DNA from: an archaeon GW2011_AR15
GTDB lineage: Archaea; Nanobdellota; Nanobdellia; Woesearchaeales; GW2011-AR15
NCBI GenBank assembly: GCA_000830295.1
Contig: CP010425.1
Span: 832,001 to 896,000, forward strand
Length of the DNA stretch: 64,000 nucleotides
Direction of reading: 5' to 3'
A program made the position numbers and the translations under genes. The notes beneath the pieces are model-generated. The model did no database searches, was not told where the DNA came from, and worked only from the letters and a program-made list of their open reading frames with translations. Positions 28,944 to 36,438 of this stretch are shown piece by piece. Each line of letters begins with the position of its first letter. The stretch's first letter is position 1.

Positions 28944-29927
28944 CTATTTCAGGTCTTTCTTCAGCTTTTCAATAATTTCTACAGGCGTCGGATCCCTGTC
29001 ATACTCCATTGCCAGATAATAGGCAAAGAAAAGGCCCATCCAGATGCTTGAGAAAAGCCTTGCAAGAAGGGTATTCCCTACAAAATTTACCTCAGCAACA
29101 GGGACCTTGTATTCTTTAAGCAGTTTCCTGAATATTCCAATTCTCTTCTTGATTTTTGGGTGGTAGTCATCATAGCTTAATATCAGCGGCTTGAATATCT
29201 CCTGGTTGTACTGGTAGGCGCATATCTCATTGTGGTTGAATTCCGGGAGCACATTATAGAAAGCATGTGTCTTTGCGTTCTCATTTATATCCGTCTTCCA
29301 TTTTTCGGCAATGCAGAAAAATTCCTGGGCAGAATAGATAATCGGGATTTTGTTCCTGTATTTGCCGGCAAGCTCTTTCCCGGTTTTCTCTATACTGCCT
29401 GCTGATGATTCAAGCTCGGCTACGCATTTCTTCACCAGCTCCCCCTGGTCTTCTATTATTCCTGAATAGCTAAGCACATTTAATACAGAAATGAAAAGAT
29501 AAGGAGTAGACAGCCTGGGCTGGATTCCACCGGGAATTGATATGTGGGGATTCTTGTTCAGTTCTGCCAGCTCTTTTAATTTTCCGCCAGAAGATATGCT
29601 TATTATATTGCATCCTCGCCTTATGGCTGTCCTGTAGGCAGAGATGGTTTCTTCTGTATTCCCAGAATATGAAATTGCAAAAATAAGGCTTTTCCGTCCT
29701 ATGAACTTGGGCAGGTTATAATTCTTTACAACATGCACGGGTATTGCGACATCATTCAGATAGGCTTTCAGAAGGTCTCCGGTGTAGCCGCTTCCGCCCA
29801 TCCCTATAACAACTATACTTTCCACAAATTCTTTCTGGAAATTCATGTCCTCTCCCAGCTTGGCAGCGCTTTCAAGCATTGCCGGGAATTTTCTTAGAAC
29901 ATCAATCATATTTTCTTTATCAGCCAT
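28944..29927 (-). CDS. Bifunctional phosphoglucose/phosphomannose isomerase
   Basis: GMGGSG, SYSGNTEET, QPR, NENAK, PEFNHNE. Confidence 0.93.
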   Translation of the reverse strand: MADKENMIDVLRKFPAMLESAAKLGEDMNFQKEFVESIVVIGMGGSGYTGDLLKAYLNDVAIPVHVVKNYNLPKFIGRKSLIFAISYSGNTEETISAYRTAIRRGCNIISISSGGKLKELAELNKNPHISIPGGIQPRLSTPYLFISVLNVLSYSGIIEDQGELVKKCVAELESSAGSIEKTGKELAGKYRNKIPIIYSAQEFFCIAEKWKTDINENAKTHAFYNVLPEFNHNEICAYQYNQEIFKPLILSYDDYHPKIKKRIGIFRKLLKEYKVPVAEVNFVGNTLLARLFSSIWMGLFFAYYLAMEYDRDPTPVEIIEKLKKDLK

Positions 29928-29945
29928 ATAACCACCAAATCTGCA

Positions 29946-30455
29946 TTATGTTATAAATTTATTCATATTAAGAAAACTGTGTATTTCATTCTTCAATTCT
30001 ACAGCATCGCTCTTCACCATGCCTGCAAAATCTTTTCCAGGAGAGCTGAACAGCATTTTGTCGAAAATTGTTTTTATGAAAACATATTCCGGCCTTGCAT
30101 CCCACTTGCCTCTTATGTCCTGAAGCACAAATGCGTCAACAACAGCGCTCACCCTGCCTTTGTTGAGGGTGACTTCAATCCCGTCAATTTTTTTCTTGAC
30201 ATCCGTCATGTCCCTTATGTCAAGCCAGAGCTGCACTTCAAGCTTGTTTGATTTGACAGGCTTAAAAGGCCTCAGCCTCAGGCTTACCTGCCTGCCTGCC
30301 TTGCTTACCTCCTCCTTGTGGTTTATGACATGCTTTGTATATCCCTTTTTCTTGAAAAAAGAATCTATCATGACTACAAGTTCCGGAAAGCTGAATATCC
30401 CGGTGTAGCTTGTTGACATGCCCTGCGCAACTGTCTGTATTTCATCCCTTATCAT
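29946..30455 (-). CDS. Hypothetical protein, paralog 3 of a tandem trio
   Basis: YTGIFSF.EL…ID.FFKKKGY; GRV..VDAFV.D…W..P.Y.F.K.IFDK; shared with the next two genes. Confidence 0.75.
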   Translation of the reverse strand: MIRDEIQTVAQGMSTSYTGIFSFPELVVMIDSFFKKKGYTKHVINHKEEVSKAGRQVSLRLRPFKPVKSNKLEVQLWLDIRDMTDVKKKIDGIEVTLNKGRVSAVVDAFVLQDIRGKWDARPEYVFIKTIFDKMLFSSPGKDFAGMVKSDAVELKNEIHSFLNMNKFIT

Positions 30456-30457
30456 TT

Positions 30458-30973
30458 TTATTTCTCATATAGGAACCTGTTGAGGTTGAGATAGCTGGAA
30501 AGCTCTGTTTTTAGTTCATTTATGACGTGTTTTGACACATTGTCCCAGTAAGCTATCCTTGCTCTTGCAAGGTATTTTTCATATATGACCTTAAAGAGGA
30601 AATAGAAGGGCTTTGTGTCCGGGAAAAGGCCGAAATACTCAGTCTGGAGAAAAGCATCGAAAGTTATGGAAAGCCTTCCGTGCCCGGTCTTGACTTTGTT
30701 TCCGTCCACCTCAATTTCAGTTTCCTTGTATTCATTCACATAAATCCAGAGCCTTGTCTGCAGCCTGATATAGGAGTCTGTTTTTTTGTAATACTCTGTT
30801 TTCAGGTGGAAATACTTTCCCTTTGCAGTCTGGTATTCCTCATCAAACACAATTTTCTTATCAAAGGCTTTTGTCCTGAAGTATTTGTCAATAATCCTGA
30901 CTAATTCCCTTACGCTGAACAGTCCCTCATAAGTCAGCTGCTCTGCGACAACAGTGCTGTATATTTCAGTCAT
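30458..30973 (-). CDS. Hypothetical protein, paralog 2 of a tandem trio
   Basis: YEGLFSV.EL..IIDKYF; GRLSITFDAFL; SD-like AGGTG upstream. Confidence 0.75.
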   Translation of the reverse strand: MTEIYSTVVAEQLTYEGLFSVRELVRIIDKYFRTKAFDKKIVFDEEYQTAKGKYFHLKTEYYKKTDSYIRLQTRLWIYVNEYKETEIEVDGNKVKTGHGRLSITFDAFLQTEYFGLFPDTKPFYFLFKVIYEKYLARARIAYWDNVSKHVINELKTELSSYLNLNRFLYEK

Positions 30974-30996
30974 AGCTTACAACACCTATCATAGTT

Positions 30997-31176
30997 CTAA
31001 TATGCATTTGTAGCACTCTCGGCATCAGCTGGTTACGCTCCCCTAAAAAATCAAAGATTTTTGGGGCCCCGAAAAACAAATCGTTTTTCGAGGGGGTTGG
31101 CACGCAAAACCCAGTGCTATTCAATTTCATTGAACAGCACGCTGTAAAGTTATTAGTAAGCATTTGTAGCACTCTC
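30997..31176. repeat. Direct repeat of a gene 3' end (ESATNAY*) flanking a 132-bp hairpin-rich insert
   Basis: 30997-31020 vs 31153-31176: 17 identical bp, then three third-position differences; four stem-loops in 31040-31140. Confidence 0.85.
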
Positions 31177-31668
31177 CATATCCAGGAATTTTTTGACATC
31201 ATTCATGAAGTCATATAGGTAATAATCGAGGTAGTCAAAATACTTCAGCAGGACTTCGTGGTAAAGCACTTTATCCACAAGGAATTTTTCAATTTTCTTC
31301 AGTCCAGGGGATTTTTCAAAATCACCGTCATAATCAAGTATAAACCCCCCGTTTATTATGATTTTCATCCTCCCTTCTGTGAGATGCATCACTTTGTCGT
31401 TTCTCAAAACTTCAACAGGCTTTGCCTCCCATATCCAGACCTCAGGCAGCAGCATAAGCATTGCGTAGAAGCTAATCTTCTTTTTGCCCACCATCTTATG
31501 GATCCTGTAAGGTGGGTAGTCCCATATCTTTGTTTCATAGAAGTCAAAATCATGGTCTTTTATCCACTTGGCCATGTATTTATACAGGCCGTCAAAGTCA
31601 AAGATTCCCTTGTACTTGATAGTCCTGTGAAACCCGTATTTACTGTAATCTGCAAGTCCCGTGTACAT
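31153..31668 (-). CDS. Hypothetical protein, paralog 1 of a tandem trio
   Basis: YKGIFDF.GLY..M.KWI.DH.F; GRMKIII.GFI.DY. Confidence 0.75.
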   Translation of the reverse strand: MYTGLADYSKYGFHRTIKYKGIFDFDGLYKYMAKWIKDHDFDFYETKIWDYPPYRIHKMVGKKKISFYAMLMLLPEVWIWEAKPVEVLRNDKVMHLTEGRMKIIINGGFILDYDGDFEKSPGLKKIEKFLVDKVLYHEVLLKYFDYLDYYLYDFMNDVKKFLDMESATNAY

Positions 31669-31785
31669 TTCAGTATATAAATAAGTATACTGGTTTATTA
31701 AATTTTTCTTTTATAGGGAAATTTAATATTCAAAAATCTCCTGATTTTTGTTTTATATAATTTTTGCTTTATCTTCGTGAATACT

Positions 31786-31966
31786 AGAATCAATGGTAGG
31801 TTGTCCTGCTTCCAAGCTGATATCTTGTCATCTGCCTTATACCGCATCAAGCCTTTAATAAGCCTTGAGGGAAACATATTAAGGACTACATTACTGCGTA
31901 AGTAGTCCGAAGAATCAATGATAAGTTGTCCTGCTTCCAAGCTGATATCTTGTCATCTGCCTTATA
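31786..31966. repeat. 56-bp direct repeat of a gene 3' end flanking a 69-bp hairpin-containing insert
   Basis: 31786-31841 vs 31911-31966, two mismatches, both synonymous; hairpin GGACTAC…GTAGTCC at 31883-31908. Confidence 0.9.
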
Positions 31967-32460
31967 TCCATCTCGCCTTTTTCAGGATGGAGTATGTGCA
32001 GGACTTCGTGAGTGAGCACTTCCTGGTATTCGCTTCCCATTAGGGAATCCAGGATTTCTATGTAATTGCTGTGGATGAAAGCCCTGCCGAGGACGCCGTT
32101 CCCAAGAGTATTTTGTGAGACCCTCCTGACAATAACGCCTGAAGGTGCAAAAAGACCATAATCTTTTTCTTCCTGCTTCTCGCTTATTGCATATTCAGTC
32201 CAGACCGGCTCTCTCTTATCCTGTTTTGTATAAACATAATAAAAGTCTCTGCTTACCTCGTAAAGAAGTATATTGTGCTTTGGATCTGGCAGGTCAACAA
32301 GCAGTACTTGCTCTTCAAGTTCCTTTATGCTGATGTTCCTGTTTTCAGGGATAAAAACAAATGCCTTTTTCTCTTCAGTCTGCTTTGCAAGGCTCTCGAG
32401 TATTTCATCAAGAGAGAATTTACTTTGTTTGCCTGAAAATACTCTCTCTTTGAGCTTCAT
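31915..32460 (-). CDS. Putative zinc metallopeptidase-like protein (HEXXH)
   Basis: VLGRA…IEI…EVLTHEVLH…E; directly downstream of the NTase-HEPN gene. Confidence 0.6.
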   Translation of the reverse strand: MKLKERVFSGKQSKFSLDEILESLAKQTEEKKAFVFIPENRNISIKELEEQVLLVDLPDPKHNILLYEVSRDFYYVYTKQDKREPVWTEYAISEKQEEKDYGLFAPSGVIVRRVSQNTLGNGVLGRAFIHSNYIEILDSLMGSEYQEVLTHEVLHILHPEKGEMDIRQMTRYQLGSRTTYH

Positions 32461-32461
32461 T

Positions 32462-34384
32462 TCACTGGTGGATCATAACCTCTACATCCTTGCCAAAGAG
32501 TTCTCTGAGGTTTTCAAAGATAGGCTGCTTTATGAAAACCCTGGTAGGTATGGACTGGTCTGCCAGAGCCTTTTCAAGCTCCTGTATTGAACTTCCACTT
32601 ATATTCTCCAGCGCACCTTCGGCAGTTATATCTGCTTTTGATATCTGCTTTTCATCAGCATCAAGGTCATGCGTTATGAAAGCGGTTTTTCCCAGGAGCA
32701 CCACTTCACCAAAAACATCACCGTATTTTACCCTGATAGTGGCTTTCTCTATCTCTCTTCCTCTCTTCCTCTGTATATGCTCAATCAGGAATTTGTGCAG
32801 GTCCTTGCTTATCTTCGTGACATTATTAACATCTGTCCTTGTAAGCTTGGAATTGTCATAGTCATCTTTTGCCTTCACGATTTCCTTTATCATCCTGAGG
32901 AACTTATGAGGGACTTTCCCAGTGTCTATTATCTCATGCTCAAATGTCCTGAGAACTTCATCTTCCTTGATTTTCTCAACACCCTCAATCCTCAGGATAT
33001 CCCTTACCAGTGTTATTGTGTTCTCATATGTGGTAACAAGGGACTCTTCTTCCTTTATTTTGTCAATCTGCTTGAACAGCCTCTTGATTCTTTTCAGGAA
33101 TTTATCTGCATCGCCAAGAAGCTCATCAACCTCTTTTCCGGTAAGCTCTTTCTTTGTCTGGTGCTCAAGCTCTTTCCTGACTTTTATGTTGTTTTCAAGT
33201 ATCTTGATATACTCTTCCTCCAGAAGCTTTTCTTTTTTCACGAAAATTTCTCTCATCAGATCCGGAGTTTCCTTTGGAGTCGGAGGAGACACTCCATAAA
33301 GCATCAGAGCAGCCTGCGATGGGGTCAGGATAGCATAGAAAGTATCCTCCATGCCGATAGAACTCAGCTTGTACTTTACCCTTGAGACCAGCTGCTCTCC
33401 TGAACTCATGAAAAGGTCAATTGCTTCAGGGCTTGGCTTTACTTTTCCCATCTGCAGAAGCTGCTTCCACGGCATGAATATTCCCCTGTCATAGAATGGG
33501 ATGCCATCCCTCAGGAAAGTGAATATGATTGGATTGGCCTCTTTTATGTTGTCCCAGAAGTCTGTCAGTATATAGACCTGGATGTTCAGCTTGTTCTTAA
33601 TCCTTGTAAGCTCACCTGCCTCGAGCCCCATCCCTATAATGATGGCCCTCAGCTTGTCCTTAAGCTCCACTCTTGTCATTTTCTTGACATCAGTGTCATC
33701 TATCACAACAAATACATCGATGTCAGAATCAGGCTTTGCTTTGCCCTGGACAAGGCTTCCTGCAAGAACATAGGTTACAATATATTTTTCAAACTTCTTC
33801 AGCACCATCTGCTTGTGTATTTCTGCTATCTTAATTGCTGCAAGCATCCCTGTATCATATACTATCCCCCCTGAAGCTATTTTGCCCAGAACTTCATATT
33901 TTGCATCATAGCAGCTCTGCCACACATCACTCAGGATAAGGGTTTCAGGAATCATTGAGGGGTTGATATCTTTTGCAATCTTTTCGATTATCTGGCTGAG
34001 CTTGCTTTTCAGTTCATATTTTGACATTTTTTTGCTGTCAGAATCATCCACAAGCACCATAACAGAAATCTCGCTCTCCTCGGCAGCTGGCTGATGCGGC
34101 ACTGGCACAGCCTTGTTCATAGGAACAGGTGATAATCCGGACAGCATGCCAGGCAGAGCTGGCTGAGGAAACTTCTGCTTTGGCTGGGGAGGCAGCAGGC
34201 TTATCCCCATTATGTATTTGTCAAATTTTGCAATTACTTCTTTCTTAAACCTGTCAACTTCTTTTTTTATCTTCTCAAGCTTCTCTTTTGCTTCCTTGCT
34301 CAGATTTGGTATTTTATCCAGATTGAATTCGTCATTTTCCTCTTCTTTGACCTTTTCCTGTTCTTTTTTTCCTTTTGCTGCCAT
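32462..34384 (-). CDS. Nucleotidyltransferase-HEPN fusion with duplicated domains
   Basis: GSLVQG…SDIDVFVVIDD (pol-beta NTase); degenerate copy ISVMVLVDDSDSKKM; HEPN-like helices with RKELEH (Rx4H). Confidence 0.75.
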   Translation of the reverse strand: MAAKGKKEQEKVKEEENDEFNLDKIPNLSKEAKEKLEKIKKEVDRFKKEVIAKFDKYIMGISLLPPQPKQKFPQPALPGMLSGLSPVPMNKAVPVPHQPAAEESEISVMVLVDDSDSKKMSKYELKSKLSQIIEKIAKDINPSMIPETLILSDVWQSCYDAKYEVLGKIASGGIVYDTGMLAAIKIAEIHKQMVLKKFEKYIVTYVLAGSLVQGKAKPDSDIDVFVVIDDTDVKKMTRVELKDKLRAIIIGMGLEAGELTRIKNKLNIQVYILTDFWDNIKEANPIIFTFLRDGIPFYDRGIFMPWKQLLQMGKVKPSPEAIDLFMSSGEQLVSRVKYKLSSIGMEDTFYAILTPSQAALMLYGVSPPTPKETPDLMREIFVKKEKLLEEEYIKILENNIKVRKELEHQTKKELTGKEVDELLGDADKFLKRIKRLFKQIDKIKEEESLVTTYENTITLVRDILRIEGVEKIKEDEVLRTFEHEIIDTGKVPHKFLRMIKEIVKAKDDYDNSKLTRTDVNNVTKISKDLHKFLIEHIQRKRGREIEKATIRVKYGDVFGEVVLLGKTAFITHDLDADEKQISKADITAEGALENISGSSIQELEKALADQSIPTRVFIKQPIFENLRELFGKDVEVMIHQ

Positions 34385-34493
34385 AAGCTCACCTTGTGAA
34401 AGTTACTATTTATTCAAGGTAGCCGGACTCAATATATAAATAAAATTGTAGTTTAGCCTATAGAAGTGTGACATAAATGACAATTGGAAGTAC

Positions 34494-34613
34494 AGGTATA
34501 AGAATAAAACGCCTGTTAAGCTGTTTTTGGATTGTTTGAAGGAGCATGGGTTTGGTTATACGGTTAGGCATACATACAAGTATTTAAAAAATAGAGAAGG
34601 TATTTTGGTATAA
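34494..34613 (+). pseudogene. Orphan 3' fragment of a B12 radical SAM gene homologous to the end of 13922-15382
   Basis: RYKNKTPVKLFLDCLKEHGFGYTVRHTYKYL vs RYKNKTPVKLFFDCLREHGLGYTLRHAMNYL; 78/93 nt identical by hand alignment; no in-frame start. Confidence 0.85.
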
Positions 34614-34616
34614 AAT

Positions 34617-35774
34617 CTATGGGATTCCTGTTCCATCTATGAATCTATCCAAACTACTATAAGAAACTGGTATTTCTGGGCCTTCAAATATATATTCATA
34701 CATTATTTCGTATCCTGAAGGAATATTAATAAATGTATTAGATTCTGTTATTTGAGTTTCTCTTGGAATACCAAGAAAAACTATTGCCCCTCTATTATCA
34801 TATGCCCAACTACAATTTTCAAATGAGTTATTATCTAGATATGGTGAGCCTCTACTTATATTAACACAACTACTTGAATTTGGTCCTAAGGTATTATCAA
34901 TTAAATTAACTGTGCTGCCATTTAAGGCAATTAACTCGTGCCCTTTATCATGTTCATTGTAAATACTATTACCTATAATATCTCCTTCCAAAACATCATA
35001 TAAACAAAGTGCACATTCACCAACATTTCTTAGTGTACTATAACTTATCTCACCTCTCTTTTCAAAATTAAGATACCTATAGTATTCTATTGTTGCATGT
35101 GAGATAGTGCCTTGAACAAAAGTAAAAAAATTCCAATCATAAATCATAGGATTTTCAGAAGCTGAAGTGATTAAAACTTGGTTTTCTTCCGTACCACTAC
35201 AATCAAGATTACCTAATATCTGGATAGACACATGGTTCTTTTCATCTCTAAATGGTTCCCCTTTATGAACACCATCAAGATTTTCATATTCGTTGTTTAT
35301 TCCAGATCTTTCATATGCTTCACCGTAATGTGCATATAAATCATGGACATCATTATTCGCATCAACATAAACCTGCGGGCTATCCACGCAGGTAACGTTC
35401 TGTGCATTGACATCCCCTATAACATACACATTTCCGCTTAGCTCTAAATCTCTTGAAAAATTCTGTCCTGCTTCCCCATACCAGAAATAGTTGATTAATT
35501 TCTCTTCTCCCTGTATCATCATGGGAATAGGCTCTGCTAATGTGATATTTGTAGGCACCCTGACACCCTGTACTTCCTGGTAAACCGGCTCAGGCGTGGC
35601 TGTAGGCGTATTTGTAGGGATTGTAGTTGGAGTGTATGTAGCTGTAATTGCCGGCCTGTCTGTTTGAGTTATGTTCGGACTGGCCTGCGCCTGGCCAGAA
35701 CATGCTGAGGTAACTAATAGTGATAACCCGGCTCCAAATAATAGCGTTTTTTGAATAATTTTTGTTAAGCTCAT
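34617..35774 (-). CDS. Lipobox surface protein with beta-helix domain (copy B)
   Basis: LLVTSAC; N-terminal half nearly identical to 12766-13899; divergent AT-rich C-terminal half. Confidence 0.78.
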   Translation of the reverse strand: MSLTKIIQKTLLFGAGLSLLVTSACSGQAQASPNITQTDRPAITATYTPTTIPTNTPTATPEPVYQEVQGVRVPTNITLAEPIPMMIQGEEKLINYFWYGEAGQNFSRDLELSGNVYVIGDVNAQNVTCVDSPQVYVDANNDVHDLYAHYGEAYERSGINNEYENLDGVHKGEPFRDEKNHVSIQILGNLDCSGTEENQVLITSASENPMIYDWNFFTFVQGTISHATIEYYRYLNFEKRGEISYSTLRNVGECALCLYDVLEGDIIGNSIYNEHDKGHELIALNGSTVNLIDNTLGPNSSSCVNISRGSPYLDNNSFENCSWAYDNRGAIVFLGIPRETQITESNTFINIPSGYEIMYEYIFEGPEIPVSYSSLDRFIDGTGIP

Positions 35775-35809
35775 AGTGAGAAGTGTTAAAAAGTTATATT
35801 TAAAGGTAA

Positions 35810-36415
35810 CTAGGCCACTGCAATATTGAGCTTGCTCATCTTCCTGTATAATGTTCTCTTTCCGACATCAATCGCAGCAGCTGTCCTCTGCACATTGTAT
35901 TCATTGTTTTTCAGGGCCTTCTCCAGGTATTCTTTTTCAAAAACTTCAACTGCGTCTTCATAGGAGTGGTGGCCTATATGCTCTGCAATAATCTGGGAGA
36001 TGTCATCAAGGTTTGAGTAGATCCTCTTTATCTTGGACTCATCAAAGCCTGAAAGAGTGCCTTCAAGAATCTGGTGTATGTTTTCTTTCATGTACTCTGC
36101 AGGCTTTACAAGCTCCCTTCTGTGGCTCTCCGTGTCTATGTCAAGCTCTGTTATTATCCTGTGGATATGCCTCCTGTGGAGCTGGGCTTTTTTTGCAGCC
36201 AGGCTTATGTTTCCAAGGCTCAGCACGAGAAGGTCATTGAAATAATTTTTCAGGAATTCTTTCCTGGCCTCTTTAAATGTTTTTGAGAAGTCTATGGTAA
36301 ACAGGAGCCTGAACTCGAGATTGGTTGCTATATCCTCCTTAATCTCCTTTGCCTCTTTGCCTCTGCTTACGTGCCTGTTTATTGCACTGTCAACGAGCGT
36401 GGATATTGTCTCCAT
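35810..36415 (-). CDS. Tandem Fis-like (HTH_8) DNA-binding protein
   Basis: Two repeats: EFLKNYFNDLL…GNISLAAKKAQLHRRHIHRII and FEKEYLEKALKNNEYNVQRTAAAIDVGKRTLYRKM. Confidence 0.75.
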   Translation of the reverse strand: METISTLVDSAINRHVSRGKEAKEIKEDIATNLEFRLLFTIDFSKTFKEARKEFLKNYFNDLLVLSLGNISLAAKKAQLHRRHIHRIITELDIDTESHRRELVKPAEYMKENIHQILEGTLSGFDESKIKRIYSNLDDISQIIAEHIGHHSYEDAVEVFEKEYLEKALKNNEYNVQRTAAAIDVGKRTLYRKMSKLNIAVA

Positions 36416-36438
36416 AAGATAAGGTAGAAAATCATGGT

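Noticed and set aside
30966-31202. 78-aa ORF across the hairpin insert
   Set aside because: Runs through palindromic non-coding DNA and overlaps real genes out of frame
31698-31940. 80-aa ORF across the 56-bp duplication
   Set aside because: Alternative-frame read of the repeat and AT-rich spacer, with no protein-like features
31786-31966. Possible DGR template/variable repeat pair
   Set aside because: Differences are synonymous T/C on the coding strand, not adenine-specific, and no reverse transcriptase is in the window
32669-33385. 238-aa plus-strand ORF and similar long antisense ORFs (e.g. 45408-46019, 56351-56944)
   Set aside because: Antisense shadows of well-supported genes
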